Source: a virus
Taxonomy: Duplodnaviria > Caudoviricetes
DNA: 64,000 nt
Direction: 5' to 3' (one strand)
Virus record (IMG/VR): IMGVR_UViG_3300037755_000886
Location: 1-64,000 of that record
Shown: positions 7,773-14,947 of the stretch, piece by piece
How positions within the stretch are numbered: the first letter of the stretch is position 1
Layout: each line of letters begins with the position of its first letter
Notes under the pieces: model-generated
The model's input: only the letters and a program-made list of their open reading frames with translations
Told to the model about the DNA's origin: nothing
The model's database searches: none
Program-made: the position numbers and the translations under genes

Positions 7773-8682
7773 TGGCGGTCCCCGCTTTCGCCGCCCGTTT
7801 GCCGGCCGTCAGCTCCGGTGGCCGTCCGAGTTCGACGGGCTCGACGCCGTGCAGGGCGACCGCGACCCGGGGTGGCCCGTCGCCTCCCAACAGGGCGAGC
7901 GCGGCCGTGGCCGCTGTCTGCTGTGCCAGGGCTTTGGTGCGCACCCGCTCGTCCTGCTCCAACACCCACCCGGCTTCGGCCTCGATGCCGCCGTCGGGGA
8001 TCGGGTTGATGTCGACCGCCTGGGCTTTCGCCCCCTCAATCATCTCGTCGGCGACCGCTCGCGCGGCTCGGACCACGTCCGCGGCACGCCGTTGCGCGTC
8101 GGCTTCGATCATGGCGGCCCGACGCTTTGCGTCGGCGACCGTCTGCTCGGCGACCGTACGGGCCCGGGTGACCATCCCGTCGGCCGCGGCCTGGCCCTGA
8201 GCCATCACGTCCGCGCGGCGGCGCTCCAAGCCGAGGATCTGGGCGTCGAGGGCACGCTCCCGCTCGTCGAGCGTGCCGCTGTCGCCGGCCAGCTTCGTGT
8301 TGGCCTCGGTCAGCTGGGCGACCTCGGCGGCCAGCTCGCCGAGCCGTTCGTCGACCTCAACGGTCCGGTAGACCGGGCCCCACCGCAAGGATCGGCGCAC
8401 GGTCAACCGGTCATCCGGTTCGGCGGTGTCAGGGTCCCAGTCGGGGCCCAGCCAGTCGGCGGAGGGTGAGGTTGTCGGGATGTCGATGGTCACGGGCATG
8501 GGGTTCTCCTCTGGGGTCGGGCTCTCGTTCTCCATGTCCAGGAACAGGCCGGCCAAGGGGTGGGTCTCGGGGTGTTTGCCGAGGTCCGACTTGAACGAGC
8601 CGAGGGCGTTCGCGAGGTCGCCGCTGTCGAGGTACTCGACGGCCCGTTGCTTGCACCAGGCGAGGTGGTCGTCGCGGGTCAT
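7762..8682 (-). CDS. DivIVA-like coiled-coil protein (probable start 8499) fused in frame to a small phage-type N-terminal ORF
   Basis: GPVYRTVEVDERLGELAAEV + A/Q/R coiled coil; GAGGAG RBS before ATG 8499; upstream MTRDDHLAWCKQRAVEY. Confidence 0.65.
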   Translation of the reverse strand: MTRDDHLAWCKQRAVEYLDSGDLANALGSFKSDLGKHPETHPLAGLFLDMENESPTPEENPMPVTIDIPTTSPSADWLGPDWDPDTAEPDDRLTVRRSLRWGPVYRTVEVDERLGELAAEVAQLTEANTKLAGDSGTLDERERALDAQILGLERRRADVMAQGQAAADGMVTRARTVAEQTVADAKRRAAMIEADAQRRAADVVRAARAVADEMIEGAKAQAVDINPIPDGGIEAEAGWVLEQDERVRTKALAQQTAATAALALLGGDGPPRVAVALHGVEPVELGRPPELTAGKRAAKAGTASGS

Positions 8683-8996
8683 GTCGTCTCCTCGGTTGGT
8701 CGTGTGTGCTCGGCGAGCCGGGCTGTGCCCTCGGCAGCGAGACGACCGACCCGTGCCGCCCGGGCCTCTTCGCCTCTTCGCATGCCTGCGTCCCCCGCGG
8801 TGAGCAGAGCGCACAGTCCCATCGGAACGGCCGACCAGTGCTGGATCGACGCTGCGTCGAGGGCCAGCACACCCCAGGCAATGGCGCCGACGGTGCAGCA
8901 CGTCGAGCTGAGCGGCTTGCGTCCGCCCACGAGCCACCACAGCGCCAACCAGGCCAGCGTGAGCAGGGCAAGACCGCCAACGGCGTCAGGGATCAC
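8679..8996 (-). CDS. Small membrane protein
   Basis: Two to three hydrophobic segments; coupled overlaps. Confidence 0.55.
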   Translation of the reverse strand: MIPDAVGGLALLTLAWLALWWLVGGRKPLSSTCCTVGAIAWGVLALDAASIQHWSAVPMGLCALLTAGDAGMRRGEEARAARVGRLAAEGTARLAEHTRPTEETT

Positions 8997-9268
8997 GGGC
9001 ACTCCTCGGTGATGGCGTCGAACAGGGCGGCCTCGGCGGGCGTGAGGTCGACGTCGTACGGCACCGTCAGCTCGGGCGGCAACGTCGGCCACCGGCTCAC
9101 CCGGGCGCAGCCGTCGCCCTTGAGCTTCCGGAGGATCGATCGCATCAGCCCGTTGTCGGCGGCCAGCCCGCGGTTCTCGGCGGCGAGGTGGCGGATGCGC
9201 TCCGCTTGCGTATCGCTACACAGTTCAGCGACCCGCAGGCGGGTGCGGGTGTGGGGCAGGCGGATCAC
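8993..9268 (-). CDS. Hypothetical protein
   Basis: GTGA coupling at both ends. Confidence 0.5.
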   Translation of the reverse strand: MIRLPHTRTRLRVAELCSDTQAERIRHLAAENRGLAADNGLMRSILRKLKGDGCARVSRWPTLPPELTVPYDVDLTPAEAALFDAITEECP

Positions 9269-9393
9269 GGCCGCCCCCACGTGATGACGAGTCCGAGGCA
9301 CGGCAGCGGGAAGACGTAGACCCGGCGCTTCGGGCGGTCGATGAACACGCCGACCCAGATGTCGAACCAGGCGAAGATCGGGCGGACGCTCAT
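9265..9393 (-). CDS. 42-aa small phage protein
   Basis: MSVRPIFAWFDIWVGVFIDRPKRRVYVFPLPCLGLVITWGAAV; GAGGAGG RBS; read manually. Confidence 0.65.
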   Translation of the reverse strand: MSVRPIFAWFDIWVGVFIDRPKRRVYVFPLPCLGLVITWGRP

Positions 9394-9620
9394 GGCCGAC
9401 CTCCTCTCGGCAGGTGCTCAGCGTGCACGTAACTGTCATCGTCCATGAGTGCGATCTCCTCGCCGGGTTCGATCGGGTCGCGGCACCGGTCACAGGTGCC
9501 GCGGTACATGGCCTCGAACACGCGCAGGGCCTTAGGCGCTGGCCGCTCCGGTGGTTTGCCGTCGAGACAGTCGAGGCACGCCGCCGCTATGTCGCCGTGG
9601 GGGCAGAGGTCGGCGGTCAT
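9390..9620 (-). CDS. Zn-binding hypothetical protein
   Basis: CPH..CLDC and CDRC..H motifs. Confidence 0.6.
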   Translation of the reverse strand: MTADLCPHGDIAAACLDCLDGKPPERPAPKALRVFEAMYRGTCDRCRDPIEPGEEIALMDDDSYVHAEHLPRGGRP

Positions 9621-9841
9621 GACCGCACCCCGCAGACGACCAGCCCGTCGTCCGGGTCGGGCATCTCGAAGACCTCTGCGATCCGCTCCAGCAGGGCGTC
9701 ACTCGGTGTGTCCCGGCCGGCTTCGATCTTCGAGATGTAGGGGTGGCCGACCCCGACCCGGGCGGCGAGACCCCGTTGCGACATACCTCGCTCGACGCGT
9801 TCACGCTTGAGTCGTTCACCGATGGACTCGCGGGCGCTCAT
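9617..9841 (-). CDS. XRE-family HTH regulator
   Basis: IGERLKRER..GMSQRGLAARVGVGHPYISKIEAG..PS. Confidence 0.9.
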   Translation of the reverse strand: MSARESIGERLKRERVERGMSQRGLAARVGVGHPYISKIEAGRDTPSDALLERIAEVFEMPDPDDGLVVCGVRS

Positions 9842-10083
9842 GGCCGCACCTCCGCGCAGACCAGCACCGAGGCGAGCCCGGCCGGCGTGACGACCACCTC
9901 AACGTCGAGGCCGGCGCCGCGCCATTCGACCTGCACGCCGCCGTCGGACATGGGCACGGCCGAGACGGACTCGACGAGGCGCCGTGCCACGGCGATAGCT
10001 GTGCTGGCCGGCGGACGACCGCCGTAGGAGTCCCAGTTCTCGGGCAGGGCCGCCAGCTCGTCCCACGTGTCGGGGGTGATCAC
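9838..10083 (-). CDS. Hypothetical protein
   Basis: LPENWDSYGG..PMSDGGVQVEW pattern; coupled. Confidence 0.6.
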   Translation of the reverse strand: MITPDTWDELAALPENWDSYGGRPPASTAIAVARRLVESVSAVPMSDGGVQVEWRGAGLDVEVVVTPAGLASVLVCAEVRP

Positions 10084-10253
10084 GCGTCCTCGCCTTCGCC
10101 GTAGACGGGGCAGATGCACGACGGGCCACGCCGGGGGTCGCCGCCGCAGCCACCGCACGTCTCAGGGTCGAAGCCGGCCTTGAGGGCATCGCAGACGGCG
10201 GGCAGGCGCTCGTAGTGCGGGCAGGACCTGAGGAGATCGGCGGGGGTGGTCAT
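10080..10253 (-). CDS. Small Cys-rich protein
   Basis: Coupled ATGA/GTGA overlaps. Confidence 0.5.
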   Translation of the reverse strand: MTTPADLLRSCPHYERLPAVCDALKAGFDPETCGGCGGDPRRGPSCICPVYGEGEDA

Positions 10254-10591
10254 GCCCCCGCCTCTCGCTCGGTCGCCCACGCGAGGAGGGCGGCCTTGTC
10301 GAGGAACACCGGGATGCCGTGCTCCTCGGCGTAACACACCTCGTTGTCGGCGCCCGTGCTCTTCCCCGGCAAACGCAACATGGCGTCGCAGTGGTCGACG
10401 AGGTCAAGGTCGAACGCATACCAGTCCTCGCACGGCATCGGGCACACGAGATCGGAGAGCAACGACAGATGTGGGATGAGGGGCGCGACGAGGCCGGTGC
10501 GCCACAGGGCCATGCCCTCCTCGATCACACGGCGCGTGTTGCCAACCGGATCCGACGAGTACGGGGCGGCGATGTACACGAGGGGCTTCAC
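10250..10591 (-). CDS. Nucleoside deoxyribosyltransferase-like (DUF4406-type) protein
   Basis: VYIAAPYS..PH..W...DL..VDHCDAMLRLPGKSTGADNEV.YA...GIPV. Confidence 0.75.
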   Translation of the reverse strand: MKPLVYIAAPYSSDPVGNTRRVIEEGMALWRTGLVAPLIPHLSLLSDLVCPMPCEDWYAFDLDLVDHCDAMLRLPGKSTGADNEVCYAEEHGIPVFLDKAALLAWATEREAGA

Positions 10592-10824
10592 GACGCCACC
10601 GCCGTGCGCTCGGGCATCTCGGTCGGGTTCGGTGGCGGGGTGATCCCGAGGATGCGCTCCAGGTCTTCGAGGTCGATCACGCCGTCACGGGCGGATGCGC
10701 AGTCGCTGCTGCCGAAGTCGGTGCACGAGACGTCACCGCACAGCGGGCAGATGCCCCTCTCGCAACTCACGGTCGCCACCCGGTCGATGCGCTCTTCCCA
10801 CCAGGCGTCCGACGGGGCGCTCAC
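10588..10824 (-). CDS. Cys-rich hypothetical protein
   Basis: Coupled overlaps; CPLC motif. Confidence 0.5.
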   Translation of the reverse strand: MSAPSDAWWEERIDRVATVSCERGICPLCGDVSCTDFGSSDCASARDGVIDLEDLERILGITPPPNPTEMPERTAVAS

Positions 10825-11261
10825 CGTCCCACCTCCCGCTCTACAAGTGCAGCTATGAGCTGCCCGTGGCACCTCACCGGCAGGTCGTCAGTGGTGAGCG
10901 GTGTGCCGATGTCAGCGCACCAGCAGCCGAGCCGCTGCCCGGCCAGCTGGGCGAGTGCCTCGGCGAACCAGGCGTCACCGAAGAACTCGCGAAGGTTGGG
11001 CAGGGTGATCAGTTCGTACCGGCGGAGCACCTCGGGAAGGTCGAGGGCGACGGGTTGTCCGTCGCTGCAGTCGGCCACGATCTGCCCGACCCGCCACGGG
11101 TTGGCCCACGGCGACCGGCGACGGACCCGCGGGTCGGCGTTGGTGCGCATGCCGCGGCCGATGTACTCGGTAAACCCCTCGGGGTCTCGCACGTGCACGA
11201 CGAGGGTGCGCCGGTCAGTTGACGGGACGGTGGGGCGCGGGAGGGTGACGGCAGCGGTCAT
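10821..11261 (-). CDS. DUF4326-domain protein
   Basis: VVH..YIGR..SPWANP..LAGQRLGCWC..CHG. Confidence 0.85.
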   Translation of the reverse strand: MTAAVTLPRPTVPSTDRRTLVVHVRDPEGFTEYIGRGMRTNADPRVRRRSPWANPWRVGQIVADCSDGQPVALDLPEVLRRYELITLPNLREFFGDAWFAEALAQLAGQRLGCWCADIGTPLTTDDLPVRCHGQLIAALVEREVGR

Positions 11262-11854
11262 GCGCTGACGCTCCGGTCATGCTCGATCGCCTTGGACGGG
11301 TCGGCCGTGCGCCAGTCCGGCCACGTGCGCGCTTCGTTGCGGGCCTGCTTGGCGATGATGGCATCGACGATCTCCTGGGGCTCGTGGCCCGCGCGCCAAG
11401 CGCCGTCGATGGCCAGGATGATCACGTCGACGTACTCGCCGAGGTCCGACGGGTCGGCCTCGATCTCGGCCAGCTCCTTGCGAAGGTGGTCGAGGAGACC
11501 GGCGACTCGTAGCCCCGGGCCGAAGGTGCGGGAGCTGAACTCGCGCTGGCGGGCGATGTGCGCGGCGTCGATGCACGGGATGTGCCGGAGCGCTGAGGCG
11601 GTTCGAGGGGGCGGGGCCGACACGCTTGCCGGCTCACCGACCCCGCCCCCTCTCGGTCCAGCCGGACCCGTAGGCGCCGACGGCTCGAAGTCTAGAGACG
11701 ACCGCAACCGGTCGGCGGCCGAGAGCAGCAGGCATGCCTCTCGGTTCGAGATGCCGGCGGCGTGGGCGGACAGGCGCTCCAACTCGTCGACGATGGCCGA
11801 GTCCGGCTCGGCGCCCCACGGGCTGGTCGGGTTGGCGGGGTCGACGACGGTCAT
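11258..11854 (-). CDS. dATP/dGTP pyrophosphohydrolase (DUF550, MazG-like)
   Basis: FS..TFGPG..LDHLRKEL.EI..EYVDVIILAIDGAWRAG..K...N..RTWPDWR. Confidence 0.85.
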   Translation of the reverse strand: MTVVDPANPTSPWGAEPDSAIVDELERLSAHAAGISNREACLLLSAADRLRSSLDFEPSAPTGPAGPRGGGVGEPASVSAPPPRTASALRHIPCIDAAHIARQREFSSRTFGPGLRVAGLLDHLRKELAEIEADPSDLGEYVDVIILAIDGAWRAGHEPQEIVDAIIAKQARNEARTWPDWRTADPSKAIEHDRSVSA

Positions 11855-12279
11855 GCCCCGCTCCCCTCAACGGCCTCAGGCTCGACCATGCCGGTGGTCA
11901 TGCCCCAGTCGAGGACACCGTCAACGATGCTGGCCCGGACGTACGTGACCGGGACCTTCTGCCCGTCGACCTCGATCAGGTCGCCGGTTGCGGGGAGGTC
12001 ATCGAGCCAGAACGTGCGGGGCTCATCACCGGTTCCGTGCAGCGAACCGAAACGCTGGCACGCGTAGCTGAGCACCCGGTTGCGGGCGTCGTCGTCGAGG
12101 TGGTCGAGGGCAAGGGCGACCGTGGTCATGGCGGCAATCTCGCGGTCGAGCTCGGCCTCATGGTCGGCGAGCAGTGCCGGCGGGATCGGCGGCATCGACT
12201 CCTTCGGCAGATCGGGTGCCGCCGTCGACGGGAACGTCTCGGCGTGCCGCTGGCCGAAGATGTCATCGGGGGCGCTCAT
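11851..12279 (-). CDS. Hypothetical protein
   Basis: Coupled overlaps. Confidence 0.55.
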   Translation of the reverse strand: MSAPDDIFGQRHAETFPSTAAPDLPKESMPPIPPALLADHEAELDREIAAMTTVALALDHLDDDARNRVLSYACQRFGSLHGTGDEPRTFWLDDLPATGDLIEVDGQKVPVTYVRASIVDGVLDWGMTTGMVEPEAVEGSGA

Positions 12280-12581
12280 GCCGCGCTCCCCTCACCCGGC
12301 GCGCCGGCCACGGCCTGCTCGATCAGGTACCGGAGGACGGGCAGCGTCTCGCGGTGCAGCTCCGAGGCGAGGAGTTCCTGCTCGTTCGACAGCTGGCCTT
12401 CGGGGCCGGCCTCCCATCCGAGGATCTCGGCGATGTCACCGGCAACGTCGCTGTTGCCGTAGGGGCGTTTGCAGTCGACGGCGGGGGCGCCGTACTCGCA
12501 GTTCTCCCAGCGAAGCTCCATGCGGTCGAGGAGCTTCAGGTGGTCGGCGGTCGGGGCGATGGCGTGGGGCTCAGTGGTCAC
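12276..12581 (-). CDS. Conserved phage hypothetical protein
   Basis: W..CEYGAPAVDCKRPYGNSDV..DIAEILG. Confidence 0.7.
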   Translation of the reverse strand: MTTEPHAIAPTADHLKLLDRMELRWENCEYGAPAVDCKRPYGNSDVAGDIAEILGWEAGPEGQLSNEQELLASELHRETLPVLRYLIEQAVAGAPGEGSAA

Positions 12582-13147
12582 TTCTTCACCCCCGGCTTGA
12601 TCGTCGGGTCGCCGGTCGGCTGGACCTTGCCGTCACGGAACTCGGCGGGGCCGCCGAGGGTCACCACGTCGGCCTCGATGTACACGAGATACGGCTTGCC
12701 GCCGGTGCCGGCGCACACGACGTAGGTGCCGTCGGTCGGGCCCGAGTAGACGCCGGTCGGTTCCATCTGCCCGATCGATGTCGCAGCCCCCTGACTGCCC
12801 CACGTGGCCTGCAGCGGGTTGGACAGCTGCGCCGAGGCGGGCACGGGGAACCCGAGCGACGGGCACGACCCGATCGGGGCGCCCTGGCCACCGGCGCCGC
12901 GCGAGAACCAGAACGACGTGGTCTGCGTACCGTCCATCTGGGCGGTCTCGGCGTCGATCAGGGTCTGGCGGTACTGGGACCACGCCCGCTGCGGGATCGG
13001 CTGCGCGGCCAGGAACCGGGAGGCGGCGTCGCCCTGGGCCTGGCCCTCCACCTGGTTGGCGGACTTGGACATGCTGTCGCATGCCGCGGCCAGGGTGACG
13101 ACTGCCGCGAGGACAGCGGCGGTGAGGAGTCGGTTGCGGGGGTTCAT
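12578..13147 (-). CDS. Phage lipoprotein
   Basis: LAAAC lipobox; CPSLGFPVPASAQLSNP..EPTGVYS..GTYVVC. Confidence 0.8.
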   Translation of the reverse strand: MNPRNRLLTAAVLAAVVTLAAACDSMSKSANQVEGQAQGDAASRFLAAQPIPQRAWSQYRQTLIDAETAQMDGTQTTSFWFSRGAGGQGAPIGSCPSLGFPVPASAQLSNPLQATWGSQGAATSIGQMEPTGVYSGPTDGTYVVCAGTGGKPYLVYIEADVVTLGGPAEFRDGKVQPTGDPTIKPGVKK

Positions 13148-13512
13148 CGGTTGGTGCACTCCTGTGCTTGGAACGTGGTCAGGTCGGATGGGATGGCGCC
13201 GTTGACTTCGCCGATGGACCGGCACGCCTGGCGGACGATGCCGGCGCGCTGGTTGCGGAGTCCCTCGGCGGTCTCGGGGGCAAGGTCGGGGGTGGTCAGC
13301 TGCACGTCGATGGCGCGCACGTCGGCGACCTGGTTCATGGCGCCGTCGACGCGTCCCTGCTGAAACTCGAACGTGTCCCGGCGGATCTCGCCTTGCCGGC
13401 GGGTCGAGTCAGCGAAGATCCACCACGAGCCGAGGTAGCAGGCGGCCAGCACGGCAGCGGCTATCGCGAGAGTGACGGCGAGAGCGGCAGCGGCCTTAAG
13501 TCCGTCGCTCAT
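13144..13512 (-). CDS. Membrane-anchored coiled-coil partner of the lipoprotein
   Basis: N-terminal TM, FEFQQG motif, ATGA coupling. Confidence 0.7.
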   Translation of the reverse strand: MSDGLKAAAALAVTLAIAAAVLAACYLGSWWIFADSTRRQGEIRRDTFEFQQGRVDGAMNQVADVRAIDVQLTTPDLAPETAEGLRNQRAGIVRQACRSIGEVNGAIPSDLTTFQAQECTNR

Positions 13513-13853
13513 GCCGCGTCCCCCTCGGTGGTGGCCATGCTCCCGCCCAGGTCACCGCCGAACCGCTGGCAGGCGAAGGCTGCGTCGGCCTCGTCGATGC
13601 TGCGGATGATCCGCATCGTCACGGCGGCGACCTGGAGCAGCTCTCCTCGGGTCTCGGGCCAGCCGTCGACCTTGCGCTCGGCACGCCACGCGTCGAGCGC
13701 TTCCTTGGTCTCATCCTCGACGGTGGCGATCCCGAAGCGCACCCCGTCACGGGTTGCCGGGTAGCCGGCGGGATGGATCAGGTCTTGGCGCTCGATCTCG
13801 TCGCCCAACTCGTTCAGCAGCTGCTCGTCGTAAATGCGGTCGGTGGTGGTCAT
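13509..13853 (-). CDS. MazG-like all-alpha NTP pyrophosphatase
   Basis: VEDETKEAL..RGELLQVAAVTMRII. Confidence 0.65.
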   Translation of the reverse strand: MTTTDRIYDEQLLNELGDEIERQDLIHPAGYPATRDGVRFGIATVEDETKEALDAWRAERKVDGWPETRGELLQVAAVTMRIIRSIDEADAAFACQRFGGDLGGSMATTEGDAA

Positions 13854-14000
13854 GCGGGTTCTCCAGGGGTCAGGGGGATCGGGTGGGGGTGGGCGATCGC
13901 CTGCACGTCGCGTCGTTGGGACGCGCAGACGATCGGCCCAGGCGCCGCTGCAGTCGGCGATGACGGGGCGGCGGCATCGGGCAGCGGGGAGGTCACGGCG

Positions 14001-14564
14001 TCACCTCGCCGTCATCGGCGACCAGGCCCAGCCGGACAGCGAGCGCCCGGGCGTCAGCGGCAACCCTCGCCTTGAACTCGGGTGACAGCGCCGCGATCTC
14101 CTCGGCCGTCGCCGGCCGGCACACGTTGCGGCGGGTCGACTCCGGGCACGGCTGCCCGTCCGGGCGGCCGTGCGGGCTGAGGCGCCAGAACTGGCCGCCC
14201 GCGTCCGTGACGGGCTCGGGGTCGAGGGCCCAGACGTGCGCGTGGCACGTGCAGAAGACCTTGAGGGGGAGAAGAGCGTGCAGCCGGGGGCGAGCTCAAG
14301 GCGGATGTCGGTGTCGACCGGGGCGTCGTTCAGCAGGCCGATCAGGTCCCGCACGACCTCCAGGCGGATGCCGACGTCGAGCAAGCGCTTGATGGTCTTG
14401 AGCACGAACAGGTCGCGCTGCGAATACCGACGCCGGGAACCGTTACCGCTGGCGGCTCGCACCGACGGGCGGACCAGGTCGGTGCGGGCCCAATAGTCAA
14501 GTTGTCTGTAGGTGATGCCGACGAGCTCGGCCGCGGCCGGCCCGGAGAACGTGGCCGCGGTCAT
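14001..14564 (-). CDS. MerR-family HTH regulator, probably frameshifted after residue ~100
   Basis: GITYRQLDYWARTDLVRPS...GSRRRYS.RDL.VLK.IKRLLD.GI; plausible protein continues in another frame to 13993. Confidence 0.8.
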   Translation of the reverse strand: MTAATFSGPAAAELVGITYRQLDYWARTDLVRPSVRAASGNGSRRRYSQRDLFVLKTIKRLLDVGIRLEVVRDLIGLLNDAPVDTDIRLELAPGCTLFSPSRSSARATRTSGPSTPSPSRTRAASSGASARTAARTGSRARSRPAATCAGRRRPRRSRRCHPSSRRGLPLTPGRSLSGWAWSPMTAR

Positions 14565-14947
14565 GACGCTGCCGCCTGCCACGCTCGGGCCCCGCTCAGC
14601 CGCTTGCGTTCGCGGGTTGCCATGGCGCCCCAGATTCCGAAACGCTCCGCGCGTGCGAGCGCGTCCTCCAAGCATTCGGCCTTGACCACGCACCCACGGC
14701 ACACAGCCTTGGGCGTGTCGGTGTCACCGCCGCGCTCCGGGTAGAACAGGGCCGGGTCGAGGCCGCGGCAGTTGGCGGACGCATGCCAGCGCGGCCTCGG
14801 TGGCAAGGTCGGCAGGCGGGGCTCGCGCCGGCGCGTCGGGGGCGCGCTCGGCGGGTGCGCGGTCAACGCCACCCACTCGCCGCGGGTCAGGCTGTCGACG
14901 TCAGGGCCGTCGGGGCCGACCGACTCGGAGGCGTCTCGGAGGTTCAC
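14561..14947 (-). CDS. whiB: WhiB-family Fe-S transcription factor
   Basis: Four Cys (ANC..VCRGC..EC), LFYP, FGIWG turn. Confidence 0.9.
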   Translation of the reverse strand: MNLRDASESVGPDGPDVDSLTRGEWVALTAHPPSAPPTRRREPRLPTLPPRPRWHASANCRGLDPALFYPERGGDTDTPKAVCRGCVVKAECLEDALARAERFGIWGAMATRERKRLSGARAWQAAAS

